A stretch of DNA of 63,839 bases, counting the filler, from Folioceros fuciformis (lineage: Eukaryota): assembly GCA_049999805.1 (NCBI GenBank). It is 9 parts of 9 records of this genome, joined end to end, with 100 filler letters (N's around TTAATTAATTAA, not from the genome) between each part and the next. Parts side by side here need not be neighbours in the genome. Positions count along the whole stretch, not along the records: positions 37,727 to 51,342 come from JBNGIO010003643.1; positions 51,443 to 55,040 come from JBNGIO010003644.1; positions 55,141 to 62,395 come from JBNGIO010003645.1; 6 more parts are not named here. One strand, written 5' to 3'. The notes under the pieces were generated by a model. It was not told where the DNA came from. It saw only the letters and a program-made list of their open reading frames with translations, and made no database searches. Position 1 is the stretch's first letter. Every line of letters begins with the position of its first letter. The position numbers were made by a program, and so were the translations under genes. Positions 43,901-55,892 of this stretch are shown here, one piece after another.

Positions 43901-46900
43901 AACACGGCATCATGGCCCTGCAGTACAAGAGGATTGCAACTGCCAATGAAGAAGCATTGAAGCAAATGGAAGAAGCCCATACAAGCTTCAAGGAAGAAGT
44001 ATGTCCATATCTTGAAGTGGTTTTCGTCCATAGTGTGCTGGATGTCAAGGCACTTGAATTGGTGGTTTATACCTTGCAGGCTGAAAGAGTTAAAGCAGCC
44101 CTAGAGTCACAGATCTCAAGCTTGAGGAGGAAGCTTTCGGATCTGGAAGCTGATACGTCAGAGAGAGATAAAGTAGCTGCGCTGGCAGTGGAAGAAAAAG
44201 AGGTGATGCTGAGGAGTGCTCTCAACGAGCTGTCATCATTAAAGGGCTTGGCCAACATGAAACAGTGAGTATCCGGTAGTTGAACATTTTCATGTTGCAT
44301 CCTGTTTCATTTTCTAACGTATCTGCTGTACGTGGTTGGGATTGCAGAGCTGCGCTTGATGAAGCTGAGGAGAGGATTGATATTCTGAAGAGAGATGTGG
44401 AGAAATTACACCACCAGTGGCGCGAGGCACAGAACAACTATGAGAGACAGGTACAGCAGGGAGGTCATCAATTTTTACAAGCTGCAATATCTGTGATTTG
44501 GTCAGCTCGTGTCTTTGCATCTGGATCAGCTTACTTCTTCTCAGCGGGGGGGAAGGGTATTCTAGAGGTAGGGGATGTAACGCAGGACACCTGGACATGC
44601 ACGTGCTTGTGTAGGTTCTTCTCCAAGCTGATACCATCAGAGAACTTACCTTGGCATCTGAGAAACTAATGCATTTTGAGGACGAAGTACGGCAGTTACG
44701 AGGAAGAGCAGAGACAGCAGAATCGGGTCTTGTAAGTTTTTAGCCTGTTGGGGATGAATTATGCTAATTTGAAGTAAGCTGGTCTGAAGAGACATGGCCC
44801 TTCTGTGAAGGCATCTTCGAAAGTTTCTTGGGCGATGCAACAAGAGTCGCTTGTGTCCTTGAAGAGCGACATGGAGAACAAACTGAAAGAATTGCATGAG
44901 CAGGTGATGAATAAGCAGGTTCCCAGGCTGTCTTTCCGGACTTTATGCTTCTGGAATGTGCCAAAGAGCTAGATTGCCCACAAACTGGTGTATTGCCCAC
45001 TATAACCACAAACTGGTGTACTGCCCACAGAATCAACTGCTGCTAGACCGACTTGAAGCAAGGCATGTCATTGCAGCGGAACAGGCGCACAAGAAATCTG
45101 AGGGATCTGGAGAGACACATCTTCGTGAGACTCAAACAGAACCTGATCTTCAAAGTGTTATCCGCTTTCTTCGTCGGTCAAAGGAAATGGTACAAAGGAA
45201 CCCTTGATGTTGTTTTCATCTGAGTGCAAACTCATGGACATTGACGACCTCAGGTTGGAAATCTGTTTGCAGTCTGATACTGAGCTTTCCCTTATGAAGC
45301 AAGAACGCCTTCGACTGCAAAAACAGGTAGCTGTGTGGTGGTGCTCTTCCACACATTCCTCCAGCTTTACAGTTCAACCTTTCAAGTTTTTCTTGTGACC
45401 AGGGTAGTTATCTGATGATCGACTGAGATCTTTTCTGTGGAAATGCAGCTTGATGCAGCACTGCGAGCAGCAGAGGATGCTCAAACTACTTTGCGTCGGG
45501 AGCGAGAAAATGCACGATCTAACTTGCACACTGATCAGGATCTGAAGAGTCTGCAGGCCCAGGTATGTATGGTCATGTAATTGTTTCAATATCGATCCTG
45601 GTATGTTGGCCTAGAAAATCCAGCATTGATCTGGAATTGGATGGCAGGTGAAGGAGTTAGACCTGTTGCGGGAAAGCAATGCACAGCTTCGTGAAGAAAA
45701 CCATAAGAGTTTTGAAGACAGCAAGGTCAGTTGTGTATGTGCGGTTGTATCACAGCAGTCCTGGAGCTGCTTTGTTCTGGGGTTAGGTTTATAAGATATT
45801 ACTTCATGAACAGGATTCAAGGGGAAAAGCGGGAAAGGCTCAAGCAGAACTTGAGGTAGTACAGAAACAGCTACGGGACCGAGAGGTTGACTTGGAGGCT
45901 GCTGGAAAAGACCTTGAAGTCCAGAAAGCTGAAGCTCAGCGATGGCAACACAGAGTGTCACAGGTTTGATTGCCTAACGAGCTGTGTCATCAAGCATGGG
46001 CTTCCAAGTTCCTGATGGCAATATCCTTGGATTTTTCAGCTGTTGGAGAAGTATCGGTCTGTTGATGTAGAAGATTACCAGCGAGTTAAGGCGCAGCTTT
46101 CAGAACTTCAGGTAACTGTTGGACTTCATTACCCACTCGTTCACTCTATGAGCTCACAAAAGTTGAGCTTTATGAACATTATGAGCTGCAAGACTTGTCG
46201 ACCCTTACATGGATCTGACTTTGAAAATTTAAACTCGCAGGCTCAATTGTTGGAACTAAGGGAATATAGCAACAAGCTCCAGGAAAAAATTTCAAGCTAT
46301 GAGCAGGATATCACATCGAAGCAATCAAAAATTGCTGAACTTGAGAGGAAGGTGCAGGAACTTACACAATCTGAGGTGCGTTGTTGTTTCTGCATCATAA
46401 TGTAGTATCCTTTCCCCGTATTTCCTAGGAAACTCAGGTAGAACGATCAATCCCTGTGTAGGCTACTTTCAAAGCTGAACTTGAGAAGTTTAAGAGGCAT
46501 GCGGCATTCTTGAAGGTATTTCAATTTCTTCTATTTTTGAATGCTGATTTGTCATGGTAGTACAGAAACTTGTTCATCTCTTTTGTAGGTCAGGTGTTTG
46601 GAGAACTAAATGAATGTCTACCCACCAAGTCTGTGAATCTCTTTCTTCTTGGATTCACCTTGTCAGTGGGTTATTGCAGAGAAAGACTGATATGCTGACG
46701 AGAGAGAAAGATGATCTGAGCAAAGAAAGTGAAAACCTTTCAAAGCAGGTTGAAGAGCTGAAGGCAAATGCAGGTTGGTCTGGTTCTATGCAGTATCTAA
46801 ATACTGTTTTGCTGCCTGGCCTGTACGTTGATCGCCAATAATTCTCACCAGTTACCTGCTTAGGTAGAAAAGCTGGTGAAGGTACCCGAGTAGAGGGCTC

Positions 46901-49900
46901 TCAAAGGCAAGAGGGGGCCGCACGACAAGAAGTATCTACCCGGCAAGAGCAAACAGATATCCTAATGAGAGAACAGGATGTCAGGATTCAGGTCTGTGCG
47001 TTTTAGAGGATATGTTATCTTAGGTGATTTTAAGTTCTGTTCTCGGAAAGTGTCCTGTGTGGCTCTCAACCATTAGTCCTTCTGCAGAGCCTGGAAAGGA
47101 CTCTTGAACGGGAGAGAGATGAGTTAAGGAAGGAGAGGCTCAGGAGGCAGAAAGACCACAGGGCCTTTAATGAGATAGCAGATAAAGCTGTGCAGGTTCA
47201 ACTGATCTCACTTTCCGACTGTGTGCACGTTCTTTTGCTTGGATGTTGGCTTCTGCAAATCCTGTTGCCTCATTGCTGTGTCACAACCGCAACTGCTCTC
47301 TGATGAATAATATCGTTCTGTGTGGTCTGACTTCTTAATTTTGGGCACTGATATAGGAAAAGAAACGTTTCCTTGATGAATACCATTCTTTCAAGCAAGA
47401 TTTGGAGGTGAGCAAGTCTTAATGCTGTTGGCAACGGTTGGCTAGGTAGGGTTTGCACTGGTTCTCCATTGGACTTGCCGGGGTAATAGCTTATCTGTTT
47501 TGCAGCAAAATGGGATGAGAGGCCCTGGCTTGCACGAACCTATCACCCAGATAGCTGTCGAGGACAAGGCTCAGTTGTATGAAGCTGCAGTGGGTCCGCT
47601 TGCAAGTCTGGCTTCGGGTGTTTCATTGGATGCAACTCTTCTGCAAGTTGCACCTTCGACCCCTGCTCTTGCTGCGACCAGTCAGACGCAGAGTGCAGGA
47701 GCAGACTCTTCTGTGCCTGTGGTGTCGGTACAACTGTCGCCACCTTCAAGTTCTGCAGTAGCTGTGCCAGCTGAGCCAATAGCAACCGCAGCTTCGACTA
47801 TGTTACCTTCTGGTGCTCCTGTAACACAAGGAGAAGTTGGTGCACCTGTAGAGTTTGCATCCTTCAACTCTTCAGTTCCTGGAGAGTCTGATGCTGGTAT
47901 TCCTGTAGCTCCCACTAGCATGCTGCCTGCGGAGTCTCAGCCACTACTCTCAGAGGCATCCGTGCCCGGTTCTGGTATCTCAACAGCTGTTTCCCCCATA
48001 ACGTCGTCACCTTTAGTGCCTGGTAGTGTAATCCCAGCTGTATCTGGGCCGCGTCCAGGTGCAAAGCAGTTCGTACACCCTCCAAAACCTGGTGGCCGGG
48101 GTGCTGGGTCTATTGCTCCAGTTCTCCCATCAGCTGGCCAGAGTAAGGAAGACTTGGACCTGAGGATTCAGCAGCTGCGTGCTCATCTACTAGAAAAGGA
48201 GGTTAGTCGTGTGAAGTTCGTCTGCATTGGAGATTTGATGATAGTTCATACATTATTCTGAGGAGAGTCCAGGCTTCTTACGTGTTATCTATGCTTATAT
48301 CTTGGCATTCTCTGAAATATTTTTGTATAAGCTCGTGCAGAAGGCGCAAGCCCAAGCTCGTAAGATGACACGCAAGCTAGTGCGGCCAAGAATTGAGCCT
48401 GAAGTTCAGGCAGAACAGCCTGAGTTGGTGACAGAAGGGCAAGTCGAGACAGCAGAAATGGATAGTTATAGTCCAGACAGGAGGACTGTCGTTAGTGTTC
48501 AAGATGCATCAGAGGCTCCTCTGACAGGTTCAGAGTATGCTGGTGCTGATTCACTTCTAGAACCCACAGCTGTCGATGAAACAACTGTGGCATCTCAACT
48601 GCTAGGAGTGGGACAATCTGTAGCCCGCAAGCGAACTGCTTCGATGGCTGATGCAGTTCCACAGAGTGGCTTGGTCGATGAATATGGCTTGCCCGCAGAA
48701 ACGGTGCCTGCGTTCAAGAGGGCAAAGCCTGATGAAGCAATGGAGCTTCCCTCTGCCCGCCCTGAGGCCCCTAGTCCCTCTACCCACACAGAGGCCCCTA
48801 CTACTACAAGTGGCAGTCGGGAGGACTCATTACAGACTGTCAGGGAGGATGTGGTTCAACCACTTTCGGTAGAGGCAGCACCAACCATGCCAGACACCCC
48901 GGTGGAGGTCAATATTTTCTGTGTTACAGAGACCGCGAGCATCCAGATAGAGAGTAATACTGAGGTGGAGAGAGACAGACCTGTCTCTGATTTGGGAGAC
49001 ATTCCTGCCCTGAAGAAACAGCGTACTGTGTGGCGGCAGCCAGTGGCAACTGGAGATGATGGCAATCAGGATCGCCCTTTTGCAGAGCCGATACTGGCAA
49101 TCTCTGAAGAAGCTTTTTTGGCAGTGTCAGGAGAGAGAGAACATGCAAAACCTGATGCAGGTCTGGAGCCTGTCGTTCCTGCTGAAGTAGAAAATGCTAT
49201 GGGAAAAGGAAATCAAACGCCTGGCAGAAATGGAAATCCTTATGGAGGCAGTCAGGAACTGGTGTTGGGTGTGCCGATGAAAGATAATCAGCCTGATGAA
49301 GGGCAGATAGGTACAGTTTTATCAACTATGCATCCCGTTAATGGTTCTTCTACAGATACAGTAGCTAACGTGAGCTGTCTCAACCCTACAGGTGCAGGAG
49401 GTGACCTTCAGTTGATTGTTGCTCTAACTGCAGACCCATCTTTCAAACCTCAAGATAGAGAGCTCGAAGAAAGTGCATTATTGGAAGGGAAAGTTGCTTT
49501 ATCAGATGTTGGTGCATATGTGACTCAAGATACAGAGAAGGAAGGAGGCGCGGACAGAGATGAAGATGCAGAAGACGGGGAGTTACTGACTGATGCAGAG
49601 GGTATAGCCGAGGGTTCTCATGGTTTGGTTTCTGGGGGACGAGAAACAGGAGATGGGGATGTACCATCAGGAAGTGAAGCTGGCAACCTTCCGGTGATAA
49701 CGGACAGCTCCGGTAAAGTCCCAAACCCGGCCTCTGCTCCGTCTATGACCGCAGAAGCAGGCCAGGTGTCTCTGTTAGGAGAGCAGACGGATTTGCAAAG
49801 GCAGGCAAGGCAAGTCCCAAGGGGGGGTAGTACAACTATAAACCTTGCAGAGCGTGCAAGACAGAGGGCCGAGATTCGGAGAAAGCAAAATGTCTCACCT

Positions 49901-50338
49901 CCGTCACCAGGACCACCGGGAGGTCGTGGACGTGGCAGCAAGGTATAGCTCATGCAACTCTAGCCGCTTATGAACTAGGCCAGTTTTCCTCGACCATATT
50001 GTATGTACATGGGTGTGTGATATCTGTGTCACCGATATTGAAATGTTTCCTCCTTTTTGGCGAACAGAGGGGCAGTGGACCTGGTAGAGGGCGGGTGATC
50101 TCAACCGGTGTTCGGAACCAAGGTCCATCAGGTATTCAAGTAGATCTGCTAACGTTGCCCTCTATTATTTGTTTTTCCGCAGGTTACGCAGGTCACTGAC
50201 GATCAAATTACATTACCCATGGTTGCAGAAGGTGCACAAGGTGGTGCTGCCCATGGTACACAAGCCGATGCTGCGCAGACCTCCTCAGCAGCGCCCAACA
50301 CGCATGAGGCTGTGAAAGATGAGCATGCCCAGGAATGA
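37953..50338 (+). CDS. NUA: NUCLEAR PORE ANCHOR (TPR/Mlp1 homologue), dozens of short exons
   Basis: N-terminus MAIFMSDAELQ...QKARADAAAINVEQTCGLIERKFLSL, KRDAEVERLSFELSELRKSKRELL, LYKESSDEWSKKSHDLEGVI, SGTALAASLLRDGWS, VTFKDIRGMVEQNSQLR, QWREAQNNYERQV and DLQSVIRFLRRSKE. Last exon ends AQE* at 50336-50338. Confidence 0.95.
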
Positions 50339-52649
50339 TGAATTACCCGTCGTGTCTGTAATTTATCGTTCAGCATGAAGTAGTTTGTTATGCAGTCGAG
50401 AGATGCTACTTCATCGATTCTGGCAAGCTCAACCGTGGTGTATAATTTTGTATGACCCGATTTCTAATGACCAATTTCGCGATGTATACATGAGGTCGCC
50501 CCTTTCGGGCATATCATTCTGGAATTGTCCCTGGATCTTGGACAAGTTGGGGGTGCGAAAGGTTTGTGACAAAATCATGAAGTCTGAGGGACAGTAGACC
50601 CAGCTGCGAAGGGATTATTGCTATGGCTAGTTTTCACTTGCTCGGACCCTGGGAGGTGAACCTCACCCCAGATTGGAGGGATTGCCATCCATATGGGTTT
50701 TTGAATTTCTGCGTATACCTTACGCCTTCCTTTCCTTAGAATTCAAAGGTGTGTGACATGACATTCCAGTGGCCAAGAAACAAATCGTTTCTCCAGTTAC
50801 GGGGAATAGCGGCAATGGCAGCTTCTTCCTACTTGCAGCCGGAAGTGCGAACATACCCAAATCACACGCATTTTGGGTTGTCCAGGAATATCAGATTACG
50901 ACTGTAGAATTCGAGGATGATTCTAACTCCTGCTTTCAAAGGACTTTGTTGTTTCTCTTCCCTCTTTATTATCTGTTCTAGAATGGGGCTGGGCAGTTGG
51001 GCCCAACGCGAATTGCAATTGCACCAGGGCTCCAGGGCTTCAACCTTCCGCGGTGAGAGAAACATGTCGGTCTAGAAAATACTACTCATAACTAATGGCT
51101 GTGTCGTCCCACAGATAAGGAGGAAGTATGATATGTGTATCACAATGGGAGGAAGTGTAGGAGTAAGAATATCATACTAAAATAGATCTTGGTTATGGAA
51201 TACCAATATGGATACCCTTGCTATCGGCCCTGCCGATGAAATATTAATACAAACATGTAAAAGTTGGCTTCGTTGGAGTGGTAAGTGTTGGTCATATAGT
51301 GATAACTTTTGGCCTTAAAGGTGGTACCTTTCGGCTATCACANNNNNNNNNNNNNNNNNNNNNNNNNNNNNNNNNNNNNNNNNNNNTTAATTAATTAANN
51401 NNNNNNNNNNNNNNNNNNNNNNNNNNNNNNNNNNNNNNNNNNGTCCTAGTGCTTCAGCCTTGCCACAACTAATGGCCATGTCTTCCCACTATCTAGAAAA
51501 CTTGTTGGAGCTTGATCCTTTGGATACAGACTTCACAGTCTCTAACATGGTGGCCGTCACAAGCCTTCAAGATGCTCTTCAAGTTGGCGATGGCTTCAGG
51601 TCTTGAGATCCTATCACAACTCAAGTGCAAGAGGCATTATAGTGACTTCAGCCAACATCAAGTAGGCATATTCCCACAAGCCTTATTGACCAATCAATCA
51701 TCACTTGGACTCCGCATGCTCCAAGAATTGATGAAATATATCTAGTTTATGGCACTATTCATTCGGGTACCTTTACTTAAACATTAATTTAGATCATCAA
51801 CAAAAAAACTACAACTTTCTTCACAAATACAGACAAACTACAACAAACACTCAACTCCATTAGATCAAAAGCTATTCAAATANNNNNNNNNNNNNNNNNN
51901 NNNNNNNNNNNNNNNNNNNNNNNNNNNNNNNNNNNNNNNNNNNNNNNNNNNNNNNNNNNNNNNNNNNNNNNNNNNNNNNNNNTGATGAGAGATTGAATTA
52001 TCTTATTCAAGAGATATATTTAATCTCTAAAACTATTGAGAAACTAACTATTAAAGAAGTTGATACTTTTTTTGTCTGGAACAATACAGATACTTGCAAA
52101 AGAACGATGAAGAAATGCAGCATATGCTCACGTGTTACTCACAAAGTCATTATGAGGATTCTGCGTCAAGCACTATCTAGCTATCTTCATTGATAATAAA
52201 CATCACCTGCAATGTTTGAGGAGCAAGTAATTGACGAAGTTACAAATTCAAACATAGACACAAAAACTTAAGAAATGGCTTGCAAAAGAAAGAGCTAAAT
52301 GGGAAGAGAGTGGAAGAGAAAGACTTCTGAATTTGCACATATAATTATGATTCATGGAGAAAGATAGATTCAATGAAGGATATGACGTTTGGCAAATTCG
52401 TGTCAAAGGAGTAATGCGATAATGTGACTTATGGGATATCGTTAGCCCTGTTATCGAATGTCCCCTTTGGAATCAGGATTCTAAAGAAAAATGGGACAAC
52501 AAGGATCAAAAGCTCAAGATATTATAATAAGGATGGAGGTGGCATCGGGAAGGCCTTAGCTCGGTGGCTCAATGGAGGCAATGAGCCTCCCACGAGGGGG
52601 GCTCAACTGTTGGCACATGGTTGGCAATGGTCAGTTTGTGTGCTAATAA

Positions 52650-54160
52650 ACAGAATGTGCGGGGGCTAAACGCAGTGTTGACGGAATCTAATTCTCTTGA
52701 CGCTTGCCGGACAAAAGCCGTGGCAGAGAAAGACTCGCAGGTACGGACACCTGAGGTGGACTATGCTCATGAACGGGTACGGGCGGACACTTCTCAAGAA
52801 TATGCCTCGGGTTCAGCAAAAGAGGGCACAGGTTTACAGCTCGGTCCTCTGGCGGATGTTCTCATCGAAACGAGATATTTTCAAAAGGAGGAAGACAATC
52901 TTGCTGCCAATTTGGTCGCGGGGCGGCTTCTATCTTGAGGTCCTCCTACCATGGGGGAATTGGAGGACTGGGTGGCACAAGTAATGGGATGCCCTCCAAC
53001 ATGTCTTCTTGAAAGCAAATGGTTCTTTCCAGATTAATTGTGACGAGGCAGTTGGAGATCAGGCCCTCTTATAAACAACGATGTCATTTCGAGGATCCAT
53101 CCTGGTGCTGGTGGAGGCCTGGTCTCTTGGGAATACAATCACGCAATCTAAAATCAAGCGGCACTTTTTATGGGTGGGTCTTCCAGCCTTGCTTGTTCAA
53201 CTCATCCCAATGATCCGCAAGATGTTGGGGATTATTGGCAGGGTGGTGGAGGTTCCTAAGTGAAGGATTGCTAGAGGAGCCACATGGTGAAGGAGGAGAG
53301 GAGGAAGCAAGGAGGAGAAGAGGAAGCAAGGTCACACTCTCAGTGTCTCATTGCAAGGGAGCTCAAGGGGGTATTTATACCCTCTAGAAGAGCTCCCAAG
53401 GAAGCTTCACAAGAAGCTGCGCAAGAAGCTTCCTACAGATTAGATTAAGCTAATATAAACTAATGATACTTAACTAGACACCAATCTTAGACTAAACACA
53501 TTAGTCTAAGCACATTGGGCTTTAATAATACTACACTAAGGTGGATTCTCACTTCTTCAATAGCAGCAAGCCACCACGCATTGGTGTGAGAGTTGATAGC
53601 CTCCTAGCTTTGCCGGAAGGTGTTGTCATACGTAATTCGGAGGACCCCTCTAAATGTTTCACTCAGCTTTTTGATTACCACGATTTGCCTATCAGGTGCG
53701 GAGTGTGTGGCGTGCAAAACCATCTTAAGCAGGTTTGTCCACTTCGTGCTGGAAAGGGAAGTGAGAGTGATAAAGCAGAGAAGGTGCCTGCGAGCCCATT
53801 GCCTGGTTTAAAGGGTGCTCTTAAGAAGTCTTGGAGGACTAACCTTGGAGCCCAACAGTGGGCAAGCAAAGTCCAAAAAGATTTCTTCTCGAGGAGCGCT
53901 GGTGTAAACAGCACGCAGGTCAAAACGTGTGTGCTCTTGAGGAAGAAGGTGGATAAAACATATTTCTATTGGATGCCGAAGGGGGGGAGCTCAGGGCCTT
54001 GCCTACACGCTCCTTCCAGATAGGGGCATCGATTGGGGATCAGCTTCCGGCTCTCTGGAATCCAATTAAGTTGAAAGTTATGGACATGTTGCAGGCGGGC
54101 GTGAGGTTTGACGAGCAAGCTGTGAGAATGTCTCTTCTAGATGCAAGACACAGTATGGTG
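52650..54160 (+). mobile_element. Decayed L1 LINE ORF1 (DUF4283-like plus CCHC zinc knuckle), interrupted by a solo LTR
   Basis: LWVGLPALLVQL...IGRVVEVPK|VDSHF..PRIGVRVD...FDYHDLPIRCGVCGVQNHLKQVCP; the frame is restored when 53261-53535 and one TSD copy are removed. Confidence 0.8.
53261..53535 (-). mobile_element. Solo LTR (275 bp) with 5-bp TSD CTAAG
   Basis: Starts TGAAG and ends CTACA (TG..CA); CTAAG at 53256-53260 and 53536-53540; internal gtatttatac (TATA on the minus strand). Confidence 0.88.
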
Positions 54161-55040
54161 TGTCACAGACTGGATGATAGCTCTTCTATCTTACATGTTG
54201 TGGAGTGATTTCTTGCACCCAAGAACCACCCAAGGGACCATACATTCCCCTATTGTCGTTGCAGTCCTATGGTTCGCTCCCAAGAGAGTGAACTAGTGCC
54301 AAGGAACACTACCTATCACACTTCTACCTATCAGCCGGTCTATAGTCTGTCCATACACTCACAACAAAAAGGCTAGAAGCCTAGCCTACCCCCTAAGTCA
54401 GCTCGCCCAACTCACACTCCTATTCTTCAGTCCATCAGCTCTTCAAGATTCCCACTTTAGTCCCTTCCTCTTCACTTCAGTCCTCCACCCTCCACTTCAA
54501 CACACATTCCTGCACTTCAGCAGCTCACTCTTCACTTCTATGCATTTCACTCCAACTCTTCCTCTTTTTCTTCAGCCACCCCCTGGAAATTGGGACACAA
54601 TGGCTTCACTCCCTACAGCCTCCAAGCATAGTGTGGACACTAGGACTGGATAACCCTCCAGCTCACGGTCTTGTTCCTTCACTTCAGCCAGCCTGCAAAT
54701 CATTCAGCCCTTGCGGATCCGGCCACACGGATCTTTGACAGTCTTGGGATCTCCACGTTCCCCTAGTGGCAAGGGGAATCAGGACCTCGGTTCGGTCTCA
54801 ACCGGCTCAGCACCCTAAGCCAGGAGTTCCGCCCACAAGGTCCGGGGACATCACACCGTAGACCACCCCCTCTCAATGGCCAGCCTCTCCTCTTGTACTC
54901 CTAACCCTCATCTCTCTCTCTGACTTAAACCATCCTACATCCGGTTCTGACCTAAACCTAACCTAGGTCTGACCTAAACCTCATCTAGGCCTAACCTAGA
55001 CCTAATCTAGGCCTGACCTAGACCTAATCCAGGCCTGACC
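54161..55040 (-). mobile_element. 3' end of an LTR retrotransposon (probably Gypsy): 3' LTR 54161-54855 with polypurine tract
   Basis: The minus strand reads GAGAGGGGGTGGT-ctacgg-TGTGATGTCCCC ... GTGACA (TG..CA, 695 bp). No TSD match because the other end lies beyond the contig end; cctaacctag-type repeats at 54945-55040. Confidence 0.7.
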
Positions 55041-55140
55041 NNNNNNNNNNNNNNNNNNNNNNNNNNNNNNNNNNNNNNNNNNNNTTAATTAATTAANNNN
55101 NNNNNNNNNNNNNNNNNNNNNNNNNNNNNNNNNNNNNNNN

Positions 55141-55263
55141 AGTAGGATGAGGAAGCGGAAAAGGCCGATCTGGAAGCCAGGGCGGCAAGCCGCTGCTCTC
55201 CCCCGTTGCCGATGTGCTTGCCCTCCCCGCTCCGCCCGCAGCCGTTGCCGTTAGCGTTGCCAT
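55141..55263 (-). CDS. Possible 5' end of a gene truncated by the contig end, unknown product
   Basis: GC-rich ORF MATLTATAAGGAGRASTSATGESSGLPPWLPDRPFPLPHPT runs into the spacer and is preceded by a promoter-like region. Confidence 0.4.
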
Positions 55264-55865
55264 GCTTGCGCAGGGAGCCTCGCGCAAGTCGCCCTCCGCC
55301 ACATGAACGGGGTGAGCAGCAATCCCTGAGGAGTCGTTGCTTTAGATCCAACGGTCTACCCAGGTCGCTGAGACCTAGCTGGCTCACTGTCCCCTGCCTA
55401 TTTGTTTTATCAAACAGCCCGCCTCCTTTCTTTATGCGTTACCGACCTTCATCACTCACCTTTTGCCAATGCCCACATTTTCACGTGGACTGCTCTTTCA
55501 CCGCTCTTCCTCTCACCATACCATTTTGCCATCTCGACGTATCCATGACGCCATATAGAAAAAACGCGCTCTTCCCAATCGCCTGCTTTAGCCGTGGAAC
55601 TGCCCTCCTTCAAAATCGCCTCTCTTGTTTTTCCTCATCCTCTTCGCCTTCTCACTCGGTACACCATGTCTAGCTATTAAAATTTTACCTCACTACTATA
55701 TATAGCCAGCGCCAGCCGGCCCTACGTCTTTCTTCACCAACATTTCATCCAAATGTACACAACACAACCACAAACGACATAAACTATCCTAACACCTCCG
55801 ACCTCTAAAAACACAAATTCTTTCATACTAGTTCATACTAGTTTGTTAGTTTGTTTTAGGTTTGT

Positions 55866-55892
55866 TAAACCCTAAACCCTAAACCCTAAACC
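55866..55892. repeat. Interstitial telomeric repeats / telo-box cluster (TAAACCC)3+
   Basis: taaaccctaaaccctaaaccctaaacc. Confidence 0.8.

Noticed and set aside
46021-46414. ATATCCTT and GTATCCTTT U12-type donor-like motifs in NUA
   Set aside because: Both lie inside introns already bounded by normal GT-AG sites that keep the frame.
52346-52422. Copia gag-like fragment (DRFNEGYDVWQIRVKGVM)
   Set aside because: Too short to support a feature call without a search.
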